IMG/VR virus record: IMGVR_UViG_3300033183_000491
Location: 1-64,000 of that record
Direction: 5' to 3' (one strand)
DNA: 64,000 nt
This document shows, one piece after another, positions 28,833 to 39,803 of this stretch. The notes under the pieces are model-generated. The model did not search any database, had not been told where the DNA came from, and worked only from the letters and a program-made list of their open reading frames with translations. Numbering within the stretch: position 1 is the first letter of the stretch; every line of letters begins with the position of its first letter. Both the position numbers and the translations under genes were made by a program.

Positions 28833-29643
28833 TTAATAGATTCCTTTCTAGTAAATTAAATGTTTTTATATAATTGTTCCATGACTTTTCTTTTCCTATT
28901 ATAGAATTAAATTCGAAATTTATAAATTCTTTTTTCAATTCTTCCCAATTAAATTTATTTTTCTTCGATATTTCAAATTCTTTTGATTCTTCACTTAGAT
29001 CATGAAGTTTAATCATGAAAACATTCTTGTCATATTTTTCTTTATTATTTTCTACTAACAAAAACTCATTCATTAAATTTTCATCTGAAAGGAGTTTTTG
29101 TGCTTTCTTGTTTCCTACACCATTGAATCCAATAATATTATCAGATTTGTCTCCAACTAATGCTTTCCAAGATACATAATCATATTCTGTTTTTTCAAGA
29201 AAACATTTTCTAACAGGATTGTATACCTCAGTTGTTTCATTAATACATTGGATAAAATCCGTGTCAGATGATATAATTGTTACATTGTCATCTTTATGTT
29301 TCTCAGAGCATAAATAACCAATAACATCATCACATTCATAGTCGTTATGTCTAACGGTCACAAAAGGAAGATATTCTTTTATCATTCTTATAATTTCTTT
29401 TCTTTGATGCGAGAAATTATCTTTGTCATGATAAGTTCTTGTTCCCTTATAATCAGGATCAATATTTAATCTCTTTGTTGGTCTTCCCTCTAAAACAAAA
29501 TAACATAAATCTGGATTAAACTTTTCAATTAAGGGTCTAACACTTCTAAAAAAATTAAATATTACAGAATGATCTCCTTTATTCATTCTAGAATATCTAG
29601 CTCTATAAATTAAGTTATATCCGTCAAGCAGTACTACTTTCAT
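28822..29643 (-). CDS. 5'-3' exonuclease / flap endonuclease (T4 RNase H or PolA 5'-nuclease like)
   Basis: LLDGYNLIYR, YKGTR, YECDDVIG, ISSDTDF and LVGDKSDNIIG. Confidence 0.92.
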   Translation of the reverse strand: MKVVLLDGYNLIYRARYSRMNKGDHSVIFNFFRSVRPLIEKFNPDLCYFVLEGRPTKRLNIDPDYKGTRTYHDKDNFSHQRKEIIRMIKEYLPFVTVRHNDYECDDVIGYLCSEKHKDDNVTIISSDTDFIQCINETTEVYNPVRKCFLEKTEYDYVSWKALVGDKSDNIIGFNGVGNKKAQKLLSDENLMNEFLLVENNKEKYDKNVFMIKLHDLSEESKEFEISKKNKFNWEELKKEFINFEFNSIIGKEKSWNNYIKTFNLLERNLLNDN

Positions 29644-30109
29644 TTTCCTCTTCTATTTCAGGATCATCTTTCAACAATTCTTCAGATAAGACACCTGTAT
29701 TGTCAATAATATTAGCAGTTTGACCATTTTCCAAAATAATCTTTTTTTGGTCTTTATTTATTATAACATTATTTGACTCATTTTTACACTCAAAATTATC
29801 TTTTATTTTTTCTTTCTTTTCTTCAATAAAAAACTCTTCTTCTAAAGTCATTGCATCTTCAATCATTTTGTCAATTGATTCTTTTGCTTTCTTAAGAAGA
29901 TAATCATTTACTTCGTCTAAGTCTAGAAAAATATTTTCAAGTTTTTCAATATCCACTTTTTGACTTTTTTTATTCGGTAATAAAACTTTATAGTTTGTTA
30001 CTTCACCATTCAAATCTTTAATCACAATTTGTTCTACGACTTGAACCGGCACAACTATTTGTTTGTCTTTTATAATTGTATATAAAACTTGTCCTACATC
30101 GTATGACAT
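29624..30109 (-). CDS. Hypothetical protein
   Basis: ORF track. Confidence 0.6.
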   Translation of the reverse strand: MSYDVGQVLYTIIKDKQIVVPVQVVEQIVIKDLNGEVTNYKVLLPNKKSQKVDIEKLENIFLDLDEVNDYLLKKAKESIDKMIEDAMTLEEEFFIEEKKEKIKDNFECKNESNNVIINKDQKKIILENGQTANIIDNTGVLSEELLKDDPEIEEENESSTA

Positions 30110-30116
30110 ATTGATA

Positions 30117-30446
30117 TTATTCCTCTTCTCTTAAGTTATCACTTATTTTATCATTAATCTGTTCACCAAGTTTTGCTGCTTCTTTCAAAGGCATCAAACC
30201 TAATGCAACTCTTACCACATCATAAAGGTCTTCACTCAGCTTACTTTTTAATTGCATCATATTAGCATATGAATGAAGAACTATCTCTCTCTCAAATTCT
30301 TCATCTTCAATTTTTCTTGATTCATACATAAAAAGCACAGAAGGCATATTTTGATTATCTTCTACATTAATAAAAGGCAATCCTCCTGTTATTGTCTCTT
30401 CACCCTTACTAAAATCTTCATAACAAATTTCTGGTTGTCTATTCAT
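30117..30446 (-). CDS. Hypothetical protein
   Basis: ORF track; GGAG SD. Confidence 0.6.
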   Translation of the reverse strand: MNRQPEICYEDFSKGEETITGGLPFINVEDNQNMPSVLFMYESRKIEDEEFEREIVLHSYANMMQLKSKLSEDLYDVVRVALGLMPLKEAAKLGEQINDKISDNLREEE

Positions 30447-30515
30447 TCATCATACTCCTAATATTAAGAAGTATAATAAAAATCAAACAAGTTTATAAAT
30501 TAAATTTTATATTCT

Positions 30516-32870
30516 TTAACCAGTGAGATCTTTAAACAAATCTTCAAGATCTGATTTTTTCCCTGTAAATTTTGTCATATCTGTTATTGTAAATGCATTT
30601 ATTAGTTCTTCTTTATTGAAAATTTGTTTATCACTTGTTGCCACGCCTACTATTCCACCTAATTTATTGTTGTTTAAAATATTAAGAAGTTCTAAAGGTG
30701 AAAAAGTTTTACTATTATTTTGAGAACAATAGACTACCAAGTTATAAATAAGTTGTAAACTTTCTTTTCTGATGTCACTTTGTTCATCAAATTCGTATTC
30801 TAAATCAGATTTATGTTTTTTAAGACCTTTACAAGCAAATTCTACAATTTCTTTTACAATGTTTTTATTATTTCTTAGACTATTAAAGAAAGATTTTTTA
30901 AGATCTTCAGAATCTTCTTGTTGAGAATCAGATTTTTCACTATCTTCAACTTCAGATGATTGACTATCATTTTGTTTTTCTTCTTTACTTTCTGGACTTT
31001 TAGTCTGAGTAGAACCACTTGATTGACTATCTTGGTCAAGATTTAAACTTTTCTGTTGTCCAGTCGTGTCGCCTGATTTTTCGTTTCTATTTAATTTTTT
31101 TTGTTGTTGTGAAGATTTTGGATTTCTTTGCTGATCTTCAGAAGCTTTTTCTTCTAATGATTTTATTTCTTTTTTAAACTTTTCTATTTCTCTTAATGAC
31201 TTGTTAAATACAGTATTGATCAAATTCTCTATCGATGTAGGATTAAAACTTTCTAATATCGTAACTAAACTTTGTGCATCTTCACTCAAGTATTTAGTAT
31301 TAATATTATTTTCATTTACCTGTTTTGCTAACGAGCTTATTTTCTTAAGATAAGAATCTTCACTCTTCACCTTTTTAGTAAAAATTTCATATTGTTTAGA
31401 GAAAAATTCTAAAAACAAAAGTTTAATCTTTCTTTCTAAGATTTTCTTTTCATCGCCAGTAGATTTATCTTCTTCAGATTTTAATTTGTTATAAGCTTCA
31501 GACAAAGCTTCATAGCCTGATTCATTTTTTTCAACGTGCGATTTAAGAAAATTTTCTATTATATTGTCTTTATTTAATAAATTAAAAACATTGTTTTCAG
31601 AAAGTTTTGTTTTATACGTGTTGATTAGTTCATTTTGAATATTTTCAACAGAATTTACTATAGCATTATCGTTAAAGACTTTTTTAAAGAATTCAATTTC
31701 TATATTGTAATGCTCTTTTTCAAGTTGAAGATATGCTAGAAATTTTTCTGTGTCTGACATGTCAATTTGATTTTCAACATCTTCCATATTTTCTTTAAAT
31801 TTACCAGTAGCTTCTTCAGTATTTATTTCTTCTTGAACATTCCTTTTTAAATCACCTATTAGAATTTCTTGAATATCTTCATCTAGCAGTGCAATTGCTA
31901 CAGCTAAAGAGTTAATTAGTTCTAAAAATTTATATGTCCAATCGTCTTGTTTGTAACTTTTATCAACTTCAGTTATAATACTTAAAGTGTTATTATTTAT
32001 AGAAAGAATATTTTTAGATTTAATATTAAAATTTTCATTTGAAAGTTTACCTTCTTTTGAGTCAATTTCTCTTAAAGAAGATCTTAGTTTTGTAATAAAA
32101 TCGTTTGCTTTTTTCTTGTCACCTATTTTATCTGATCTTAGTGTTGTACCACTAAGTGCTTTTGACATTATATTTAATGTTTTTTGTGACTTTGTTTTTT
32201 TAAGTTTGTTTATTTTATCTAAAGAACCTTGAAATATTTTTTTATTAAGAAAAATAGTTATTAATCTTTCTAATTGAACTTTTGTTGATCTATTTTCATT
32301 CAGGATTTTTCTTACTCTTTGATCTGAATGACTTTTATCTCTCTCTTTTCTGTTTTTTGGTAAAATATCAATTAACATAAAATATCTTATTAAATCAAGA
32401 GTATCAAACGAAAGTGGATTTAGTTTACTATATCTTGCTTTTGAGTAAGTTCTCCCAGTTAATATATTAGATATATTAATACTTTCTAAAGCAGAATATC
32501 CGGGTATACCTAAAAGATATGCTGATATTTCTGTTTCAGAAACACCCGCATCAGACATCATAGATGAAACTTTTGAATCAACACTTTTAATGACTGAATC
32601 TGTGTTATCAATAAATTTTATCCTAGATTCTTTCATTGCTTTTTCAAAATCTTCTAAAGACATTAATCCTAAACTAGCTCTTATCGTATAAATAAAATTA
32701 TTTTTTAAAAACTTAATGTTTTGAAATGCAAATTTAGCACTATCTTTTGCAAAGCTTGAAATATCTTTTGCAGTACCTATAGTCATTTTAGATAGTTCAT
32801 CAAAGTCACTATCTTCTTTTAATAACAAGTTATTTTTTCTTATTTTAAGAATCTTTTTGATTTTCTTCAT
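30516..32870 (-). CDS. Large helical protein, putative virion-internal
   Basis: 784 aa; LLLKE, ILNE and LSNE motifs; low-complexity Q/S/E/K region. Confidence 0.6.
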   Translation of the reverse strand: MKKIKKILKIRKNNLLLKEDSDFDELSKMTIGTAKDISSFAKDSAKFAFQNIKFLKNNFIYTIRASLGLMSLEDFEKAMKESRIKFIDNTDSVIKSVDSKVSSMMSDAGVSETEISAYLLGIPGYSALESINISNILTGRTYSKARYSKLNPLSFDTLDLIRYFMLIDILPKNRKERDKSHSDQRVRKILNENRSTKVQLERLITIFLNKKIFQGSLDKINKLKKTKSQKTLNIMSKALSGTTLRSDKIGDKKKANDFITKLRSSLREIDSKEGKLSNENFNIKSKNILSINNNTLSIITEVDKSYKQDDWTYKFLELINSLAVAIALLDEDIQEILIGDLKRNVQEEINTEEATGKFKENMEDVENQIDMSDTEKFLAYLQLEKEHYNIEIEFFKKVFNDNAIVNSVENIQNELINTYKTKLSENNVFNLLNKDNIIENFLKSHVEKNESGYEALSEAYNKLKSEEDKSTGDEKKILERKIKLLFLEFFSKQYEIFTKKVKSEDSYLKKISSLAKQVNENNINTKYLSEDAQSLVTILESFNPTSIENLINTVFNKSLREIEKFKKEIKSLEEKASEDQQRNPKSSQQQKKLNRNEKSGDTTGQQKSLNLDQDSQSSGSTQTKSPESKEEKQNDSQSSEVEDSEKSDSQQEDSEDLKKSFFNSLRNNKNIVKEIVEFACKGLKKHKSDLEYEFDEQSDIRKESLQLIYNLVVYCSQNNSKTFSPLELLNILNNNKLGGIVGVATSDKQIFNKEELINAFTITDMTKFTGKKSDLEDLFKDLTG

Positions 32871-33132
32871 AATGAGTATCTTCTTCAGCTAATATTAATT
32901 CTAATCCATAATTATCTTGACAAAATTTAATAAAAGAAATTTCGAATGAATTCAATGTCTGTTTAAGTGTTTTTTCATTTCTTGTCGAGAAATATTTTCT
33001 TATAGTAGGATGAGAATATCTTAAAATATATTTTTTAATAACTAACCAGTCATTATCTTCATATACATCAATTAATTCTTCAAATAATTCTATTATCTTG
33101 TCTCTATGATTAGATTGAATTTCATTAAACAC
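32845..33132 (-). CDS. Hypothetical protein
   Basis: ORF track. Confidence 0.55.
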   Translation of the reverse strand: MFNEIQSNHRDKIIELFEELIDVYEDNDWLVIKKYILRYSHPTIRKYFSTRNEKTLKQTLNSFEISFIKFCQDNYGLELILAEEDTHYEENQKDS

Positions 33133-34076
33133 TAAAAAACTCCGGGAAATAAAAAGTCATTTTTAAATTCGTTAGATTCTTTAAGAGGTTTTTCTTTATA
33201 AGATATTTCTTCAAAAAGAATATTTTTTTCTATATCTTGATCATATAAAATTATTGAATTATTGAAACCTAATTTTTTCTTTATAAATAAAAAGAATTCT
33301 TCATATAAGATATAAGGTAATAAGTTTTCTATACTATTATTAGAAATATCTTTTTCTTTTAATGATATTTTGCATTCAATTTTACTTTTATCGAATTTAA
33401 ATTTTTTTTGAATGTTATCGTATAATTTTATATTAATTTCTTTTTCTTCATAATGAAAAGTCATAGATTTATTAATAATATAAGTTTTAAACTCTCTAAA
33501 ATCTTCTATATAACTTTTTATATGATATTGATTTGGTATTATAATATTATTTGAGCCTATAATTTTACAAATTTTTTCATTAGTTGTGATAGAATTATCT
33601 ACAATAATTGATCTTTTATTTTTTATTGTAAAAACACCGGGTCTATTCTTATACTCACAAAATAAATAAATTCCTCTAATATGAAAAAGCTTATCATTTG
33701 AATATGTAACAGCTATAAATTTGTTTTCATTTTTCTTAAAATTAATACTATCCCAATACTTGTCATCTTTGTTTCTAGAAAACTCTTCTAGAATAACTTT
33801 AATTATACCATAGTCTTCAGAGTCTTCTTTATAATATTGACTTATTGTTTTTAAACATATACCATTTATATCTCGAGTTTTTTTTGTCCTGAAATCGATG
33901 ACGAATTCTTTTTTAATATTAGACCATCTAACAGGATAAATCTTATTAGAATTTAATTCTTGGCATCCCTTTTTTGATATTATTCTCAATACATTTTTAT
34001 AGAACAATAAACACTTGTCAGTAGAGTCAAGATATTTTAAATCATATGGCTTAATGCCATCAATAATGTTAAGCAT
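33132..34076 (-). CDS. Hypothetical protein
   Basis: ORF track. Confidence 0.55.
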   Translation of the reverse strand: MLNIIDGIKPYDLKYLDSTDKCLLFYKNVLRIISKKGCQELNSNKIYPVRWSNIKKEFVIDFRTKKTRDINGICLKTISQYYKEDSEDYGIIKVILEEFSRNKDDKYWDSINFKKNENKFIAVTYSNDKLFHIRGIYLFCEYKNRPGVFTIKNKRSIIVDNSITTNEKICKIIGSNNIIIPNQYHIKSYIEDFREFKTYIINKSMTFHYEEKEINIKLYDNIQKKFKFDKSKIECKISLKEKDISNNSIENLLPYILYEEFFLFIKKKLGFNNSIILYDQDIEKNILFEEISYKEKPLKESNEFKNDFLFPGVF

Positions 34077-34746
34077 TATTTCTTTTAAAGACTTCTAAAA
34101 TTCCAGATTTGTCTTGTTTGTTTTCTCCAATTTTTACAGGAGTATTACTCAACCTTTCAGCTTCTTCTTTAGATTTTTGTTTTCTTGCAATAGATTTTCT
34201 TTTTTCGCTAGTTGCAGATCCATTCTTAGTAATATCGAATTTTAAATCTCGAGGAGAATAAGCAGCACTTCCGTCAACATCCATTAAAGTAACTTGAGTT
34301 AGTCCTTTCATAAAGATATAAAGAACATATTTTTCTCCCGGAGTTAATTTGTTGAAATATTTCTTCATTTCTTCACTAACTTCTGGGTCAGATAAAGAAT
34401 GAGATGCTCTAAATTGATTTAATGATCTAACTAATTCATCAAAATTAGTTGCATTAGACAAAGAAATCGTTGAAGGTGACTCATCAGGAGTACCTACATC
34501 CATATTTACTTCCTTATCATCACTTAATTCATCATCATCACCAGAGATTTTCTTAACGATTTCTTTATCTTCTTCTTCTTCACTATCTTTGGAGTCTTCT
34601 TTAACAGAATCTTTTACAATATCTTTTGCATGAGTTCCTCTTGATCGAGAATCTGCTATAAAACTATTAGCCCTGTCTTCAGCTTTATCCCATGGAGAAT
34701 CTTCATTTAAAATCTCTTTAAGTGAGTTAATAATATCAAAATTCAT
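34069..34746 (-). CDS. Hypothetical protein with LKEILNE leader
   Basis: ORF track; leader family. Confidence 0.65.
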   Translation of the reverse strand: MNFDIINSLKEILNEDSPWDKAEDRANSFIADSRSRGTHAKDIVKDSVKEDSKDSEEEEDKEIVKKISGDDDELSDDKEVNMDVGTPDESPSTISLSNATNFDELVRSLNQFRASHSLSDPEVSEEMKKYFNKLTPGEKYVLYIFMKGLTQVTLMDVDGSAAYSPRDLKFDITKNGSATSEKRKSIARKQKSKEEAERLSNTPVKIGENKQDKSGILEVFKRNNA

Positions 34747-34916
34747 TATTGTTTCTCCCAGACAATTCTATTTTGCCATCTTTCATGATACTGTTCAGCT
34801 CTTAATCTTCGAAGTCTATCAAGTTCTTGATCTTCAACTCTTTTTTGATTCTTTTGCTGATTTTCAGCTACTCTCTTATCCAAATCAGTTACAAACTTAT
34901 CAAATTCAAATTCCAT
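34746..34916 (-). CDS. Small coiled-coil protein (56 aa, absent from the ORF track)
   Basis: MEFEFDKFVTDLDKRVAENQQ...WEKQ; stop overlaps the next start (TAATG). Confidence 0.65.
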   Translation of the reverse strand: MEFEFDKFVTDLDKRVAENQQKNQKRVEDQELDRLRRLRAEQYHERWQNRIVWEKQ

Positions 34917-34917
34917 A

Positions 34918-35286
34918 TTAGATTTCCTGTTCTTTTAATATAACTATTTTTATTTTATAATTATTTTTCGAAATGAATTTTATTTTCTTTTTAGCTAAAT
35001 GTTTATTTGAATTGATAACTTTTAATTCTTTGTTTCCTAAACACAATTTAATATTAAAATCCGAGTTTGAGATTAATGTCTGTAAAGTGTTTTGATTCGA
35101 CATGAATGTCAACTTATACTTTTTATTACATTCATCTAAAGACAAAACAGATAACTTTTGATTATTGATCTCGATATAAAACTCAAAATCTTTTTCTTGA
35201 TAAGAATTATCAGATAGATTGTTTAAATCTATTAAGTCTTCTAAATCTTCTGAAAGGAATATTCTTTCTTCATTCTTCATTTGCAT
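34918..35286 (-). CDS. Hypothetical protein
   Basis: ORF track. Confidence 0.55.
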   Translation of the reverse strand: MQMKNEERIFLSEDLEDLIDLNNLSDNSYQEKDFEFYIEINNQKLSVLSLDECNKKYKLTFMSNQNTLQTLISNSDFNIKLCLGNKELKVINSNKHLAKKKIKFISKNNYKIKIVILKEQEI

Positions 35287-35629
35287 AATAATACATGACG
35301 TCTTTTTTAATCTTATCTATTTCCTTAGAACACTCTAGTTCAAGCTCAGATATATGATTAGAATAAGCGTGAATTATAATACCTACATTTAAATCTCTAA
35401 ATCTAGTTTCAATATCGACTTCTAGATCACGTTTATATTTTATTATTTCAACTATAAAATTCTCGAAAAATTTTCTATCTTCAAACTTAAATACTTTTTT
35501 AATACTTCTTTCTTCCAAAGACCATTCAGACTTTTTTACATTTAAAGGTCTAAAACTGTTTTCAACTTCAAACTTTTTATTATTTGAAGTCTCATTTAAA
35601 TAGTCAAACATAATATTTTTTAAAATCAT
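35270..35629 (-). CDS. Pterin-4a-carbinolamine dehydratase-like fold protein (degenerate)
   Basis: EW....IKKVFKFED...F...I, then HIS.LELE.SKEID; the catalytic HHP is absent. Confidence 0.45.
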   Translation of the reverse strand: MILKNIMFDYLNETSNNKKFEVENSFRPLNVKKSEWSLEERSIKKVFKFEDRKFFENFIVEIIKYKRDLEVDIETRFRDLNVGIIIHAYSNHISELELECSKEIDKIKKDVMYYYANEE

Positions 35630-35648
35630 TTTTTAATTTTCTTCTTTT

Positions 35649-38600
35649 TTAAAAGCCATACTCGTCTTCAAGCCATTCTACGAATTGTTTGTCTGCCAAA
35701 TTTTTCTTATTTGACTTAACATATTCCGACATTGCTTTTTTAGAATCTTTTAATATATTTTGTGCCAGTTTTAAAAATTCACTTGCGTCTTCGCGATCTC
35801 TAAATTCGCTTTCTGCTAAACAGAAAGAAACTAATACGTTAAGTTCGTCCTGTGGCATTGTATTTATATGTGAAACAATCTCTTCAGATCTTGTTTTTGT
35901 TAAGACTTGATATTCTTCATAAACAGATCCAATTATAGAATTTGGTAAAGGGCTAAATGCATCTTTAAGAAGTTTTTCAACATCATCAGGTCCAAATTGT
36001 CCTCCATTGATTCCTTTTAGTTTTTCACTCTCTTCTTTACCATCATTAAACTTTGTATTAATGAATTTAGCTAAGTCTCCTCTTGAATCAGATTCTCCGA
36101 GTGCATATTGTAATTGACTTTGTCTAACTGAAGATAAATCAGAATCTGGGACTGCTCCTTTAGCGCCTGCAGATTTAATACCTACTCTTTTCATGATCAA
36201 AGCAGCGATTTTATTTAAAAGAGATGTACTAGGTTTATCGACCTTATAAAGATCAGCTAAATTTTGATTATCTTTAAAACTAGGAGCAACGATGCCTTTT
36301 CCATAATTTACATCAAAATATTTCTTAATAGCATGATGTAGTTCATCTTCAACTTCACTCCAAATATTTTTTGTATAATAATCATTACAAATCTTTGAAA
36401 CGAATCTTCTGAATCCAGTATTTCCCGATATCATACTATCCAAGATTGCTTGTGCCATTAATTGTGGATCTGTATTAGCTAAGTTTTCAAGTCTTCTTGT
36501 AACTTCATCTTCGTCACCGGCACTCATTTCAAAAATTTCATTGATTTTTTCTTCTAAAATATTACTATAACTAGTATCTGAGTTATCATCAAAGTATTTC
36601 ATTAATTTCGAAGGATTACTAATCATATCATAGATTAAATCAAAAAACGCTGATTTTTTCTGTCGTCCAGAAGAATCTTCAATATCATTGATTATCTTTA
36701 AAATTTCTGTTCGATAATCTAATTTGACTTTGTCTTCTGGAGAAATTTCACCTGATTGTTGTTTTCTTTCCAAATCTTCAACTGATGCTTTAATCGCTGC
36801 CTTGTTAGAAATCAATTTTTCTTTATTAATAGTTTTAAAGGCTTTTGGATTTTTCATATCATCAAGACTAGGTATTTTAACAATATCACTTTCGTCAAAA
36901 GATTCAATCATATCATGGACTAAATCTAATTTTATAATTGTTTCACACCACTTTTCACCAGCTGCAGCATAAATATTAGATTTTTCTTTTAAGTTACTAT
37001 TAAAGAATAATTGGTTTTCCCATGCTTTTTGCCCAGCTTGTCTTGGTCCCGCAGAACCTTTATACAATCCGTATGAAGCTCTTTGAATATCTGCCCAAGT
37101 ATATGCTTGATTTGGATTATCTAAACCTAAATCTTTTAAATGTTGCTTTATTGCATTAGGATCAATGCTATCTTCGTAGATAAGATCAGTAAACTCTCCT
37201 CTTCTTGACAGATTATAAATTTCATAACTTCTTTGATCTGCTTCTATCTCTAAGACAAGTTTTTCCATCTCTTCAATTTCTTCTTGTGTCAAACCTTCTG
37301 AAGAGATGTAGTCAGGAATATAATCATCATCTGGTTGTATAAAGTCAGATAATTTATGATCAGGATTATTTGGATTATACCCATTAGCTTTAACAACATT
37401 AAAAATATCAGGATTTACTTGTCCAGATGATTTTTTCTGTAAGTCTATTAATCTTTGAACTTTTTCTCCAATTGATTTTACTAGTCTTGCAGCAGAAATT
37501 GATGTTAACATACTATTTAGTTTTGACTCAGAACTATCAATTAAATCTTGAGTATCAATAACCTTTTTACCATTGATTATTTTTTCATGATTTATTTTTT
37601 TAATAGTTTCTTCATCAGCTTCTAAAGGCTCGCCAGTCTCTGGATCTATTTCTCCTGATCCGTCAATACTTGCCATTCTTTCTTGATAAGCTCTTTCAGC
37701 TTCTTCATCTTCTGGTGATAAAGGCTCTAATTCTTCATATTTTGGTTTGTTTAAATCACTCTCGTCTATAGGGTATTGATTATCTAAATAACTTATAAAA
37801 TATTTATAGTCTTCTTTAAGTTGACCAGCAGATAAATACAACAATTCAGATATTTCTTCTTCGGAAACAATATCTGAATCTAAATTATTTTCTACATTTG
37901 GTCCAATTCTTGAAACTAAGTCATTATATTTTTTCTGAAGGTCTTCTCTTTGTTCATGAGTTAATCCAGAGGATATAGAAGATACTTGTTGGGTTGCTAA
38001 ATAATCACTTATACTTGAGAATTTTTGTCTAATATTTAAATAAGATCTAATTTTTTCAAACATAAAGAATTTTCTTAATCCTTCGTTTGAAATTCCTTGT
38101 TCTTCTATTAGTCTATACATAGCAATTATATGAAGCTTTTCAGAGACCTTCAACTTCTCAGCATCCCAATTTGGATTTGATTTTACACTTGGAAGAAATA
38201 TTCCAAGCTTGTCTTTAATAAATTTTGTTTTTCTATGTCTTTCTGAGAGAGAATCTGTTTTCTTTGGAAATATACTTTGATATCTGTTTATTATATCTGA
38301 TATTTCTTTATTAGTATTCATTTTCGTAGAATATACATCTTCTTCATCTTCCAAGTCAATTTCTTCCAAATCTAAATCACTTGGTTCTTCTTCATACCCG
38401 TTAGATTCAATTAAGTTAATATTTTCATTAATAGACTTAACAAGAGAATTTTCTAGCTTTTTATCAAGATCTTTATTTATAAATCTTACTTTGTCTAATT
38501 CTTCGTTGATTAAATCTATTTCACTGTCTAAATTAGATGAATAATTTAAATTACATGATTCTTTAATTGAATTAACTTTTGAGTCAGAAAATAAATTACT

Positions 38601-38810
38601 AATAAATTCATAAGTATATTTTTCTGACGGGAATTCGCCATTTGATTCATTTAGAGATCTTACTAAGCACTTAAATTCTTCAAATAAATAATCATTCTTT
38701 TTAATATTACTTTCGCTTAATCTTGACAAAATATAGAACTTTTTTCTATACTCTGTGTTTTTAAATGATAAAAGCTTATTAATTCTATTTTTTAAGTTAT
38801 TATTAATCAT
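35649..38810 (-). CDS. Very large acidic protein, putative head-internal or ejected protein
   Basis: 1053 aa; N-terminal 160 aa dense in LNE, IKE, INE and LIE motifs. Confidence 0.6.
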   Translation of the reverse strand: MINNNLKNRINKLLSFKNTEYRKKFYILSRLSESNIKKNDYLFEEFKCLVRSLNESNGEFPSEKYTYEFISNLFSDSKVNSIKESCNLNYSSNLDSEIDLINEELDKVRFINKDLDKKLENSLVKSINENINLIESNGYEEEPSDLDLEEIDLEDEEDVYSTKMNTNKEISDIINRYQSIFPKKTDSLSERHRKTKFIKDKLGIFLPSVKSNPNWDAEKLKVSEKLHIIAMYRLIEEQGISNEGLRKFFMFEKIRSYLNIRQKFSSISDYLATQQVSSISSGLTHEQREDLQKKYNDLVSRIGPNVENNLDSDIVSEEEISELLYLSAGQLKEDYKYFISYLDNQYPIDESDLNKPKYEELEPLSPEDEEAERAYQERMASIDGSGEIDPETGEPLEADEETIKKINHEKIINGKKVIDTQDLIDSSESKLNSMLTSISAARLVKSIGEKVQRLIDLQKKSSGQVNPDIFNVVKANGYNPNNPDHKLSDFIQPDDDYIPDYISSEGLTQEEIEEMEKLVLEIEADQRSYEIYNLSRRGEFTDLIYEDSIDPNAIKQHLKDLGLDNPNQAYTWADIQRASYGLYKGSAGPRQAGQKAWENQLFFNSNLKEKSNIYAAAGEKWCETIIKLDLVHDMIESFDESDIVKIPSLDDMKNPKAFKTINKEKLISNKAAIKASVEDLERKQQSGEISPEDKVKLDYRTEILKIINDIEDSSGRQKKSAFFDLIYDMISNPSKLMKYFDDNSDTSYSNILEEKINEIFEMSAGDEDEVTRRLENLANTDPQLMAQAILDSMISGNTGFRRFVSKICNDYYTKNIWSEVEDELHHAIKKYFDVNYGKGIVAPSFKDNQNLADLYKVDKPSTSLLNKIAALIMKRVGIKSAGAKGAVPDSDLSSVRQSQLQYALGESDSRGDLAKFINTKFNDGKEESEKLKGINGGQFGPDDVEKLLKDAFSPLPNSIIGSVYEEYQVLTKTRSEEIVSHINTMPQDELNVLVSFCLAESEFRDREDASEFLKLAQNILKDSKKAMSEYVKSNKKNLADKQFVEWLEDEYGF

Positions 38811-38814
38811 TAAT

Positions 38815-39192
38815 TTAATCCTGATTTTTGTTTAATATTTTTGTTACTGATGTCCAAACAGCTTTAGCTACTTCGTCTGTTAAATTTTCATTATCACAAT
38901 CGTCAATTATAGAATACAAAGCAGATTGTAATTCTACACTTTTTGGAATGTATTGATTGTCTCTTGTATTAATGTTTCTTACATTTAAATTTATATCAAC
39001 AAAGTTATCACCAGTAATAGGCGGGATGAACTCTTTTTCATGTTCAACCCCATTACCATCGGAGTTTGACTTTTTAATATTTGGTATATCTCTGCTACTA
39101 GTATAGTCATCTGGCATAAACATTTCTTTTAAATGATTTTCAAACAAAATGTCTTTGACAAAACTTCTAAAGTCTTCTTTATTAATACTCAT
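38815..39192 (-). CDS. Hypothetical protein with VKDILFE..LKE leader
   Basis: ORF track; TATAAATA upstream. Confidence 0.65.
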   Translation of the reverse strand: MSINKEDFRSFVKDILFENHLKEMFMPDDYTSSRDIPNIKKSNSDGNGVEHEKEFIPPITGDNFVDINLNVRNINTRDNQYIPKSVELQSALYSIIDDCDNENLTDEVAKAVWTSVTKILNKNQD

Positions 39193-39238
39193 AAAACCCT
39201 CTTTTTAATATAAATATTTATATTAACTGATTTTATTA

Positions 39239-39556
39239 TTAATGATATTTAATTTTGTTTTTTAAATCAAGAATATCTTCTTCACCATAAATAATGTTTT
39301 CAACAACAATGTTTAAAACACTTACAGAATAGACTATACTAGACATATCTTTTTCTAATAATGAATTTTTTTCTTGAATAGATTTAATTTGATCTGATTT
39401 AATTCTATTTTCTTCTTCAAGTAAATCTATTTTTTCTTTTAGTAAATCAACTTCAGAGTTAAAATTCTCGATATAACTAATAATATTATTAAGATTATTT
39501 TTAATCTTCTTTAAAGGGAGAGTTTTGTTCAATAGCATTGTACAAGTCCTTTTCAC
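39239..39556 (-). CDS. Coiled-coil hypothetical protein
   Basis: Heptad pattern; start uncertain. Confidence 0.5.
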   Translation of the reverse strand: MKRTCTMLLNKTLPLKKIKNNLNNIISYIENFNSEVDLLKEKIDLLEEENRIKSDQIKSIQEKNSLLEKDMSSIVYSVSVLNIVVENIIYGEEDILDLKNKIKYH

Positions 39557-39803
39557 TTATTTCTTTTAAATTGTCAATTTTTTTGTTTTTAAGTTCTTCA
39601 ACCCGTTCAGATACTAAGTCTTTTATGTAAGTGTCGTCATAAACATATTTTTCTGCCATTAGTCTGAAAAATTTTTGAATTGACATTTCATCAAGAAATA
39701 ACTTAACTTTAAGTTTTTTATGTATCTCCCCAGGAAGTTCAATATGAACTGTTTTATTATTAACAATTTTCCTGACTTGTTTATTTATGCTTTTTCTATT
39801 CAT
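39501..39803 (-). CDS. Ribbon-helix-helix-like DNA-binding protein
   Basis: KTVHIELPGEIHKKLK.....MSIQKFF pattern. Confidence 0.55.
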   Translation of the reverse strand: MNRKSINKQVRKIVNNKTVHIELPGEIHKKLKVKLFLDEMSIQKFFRLMAEKYVYDDTYIKDLVSERVEELKNKKIDNLKEISEKDLYNAIEQNSPFKED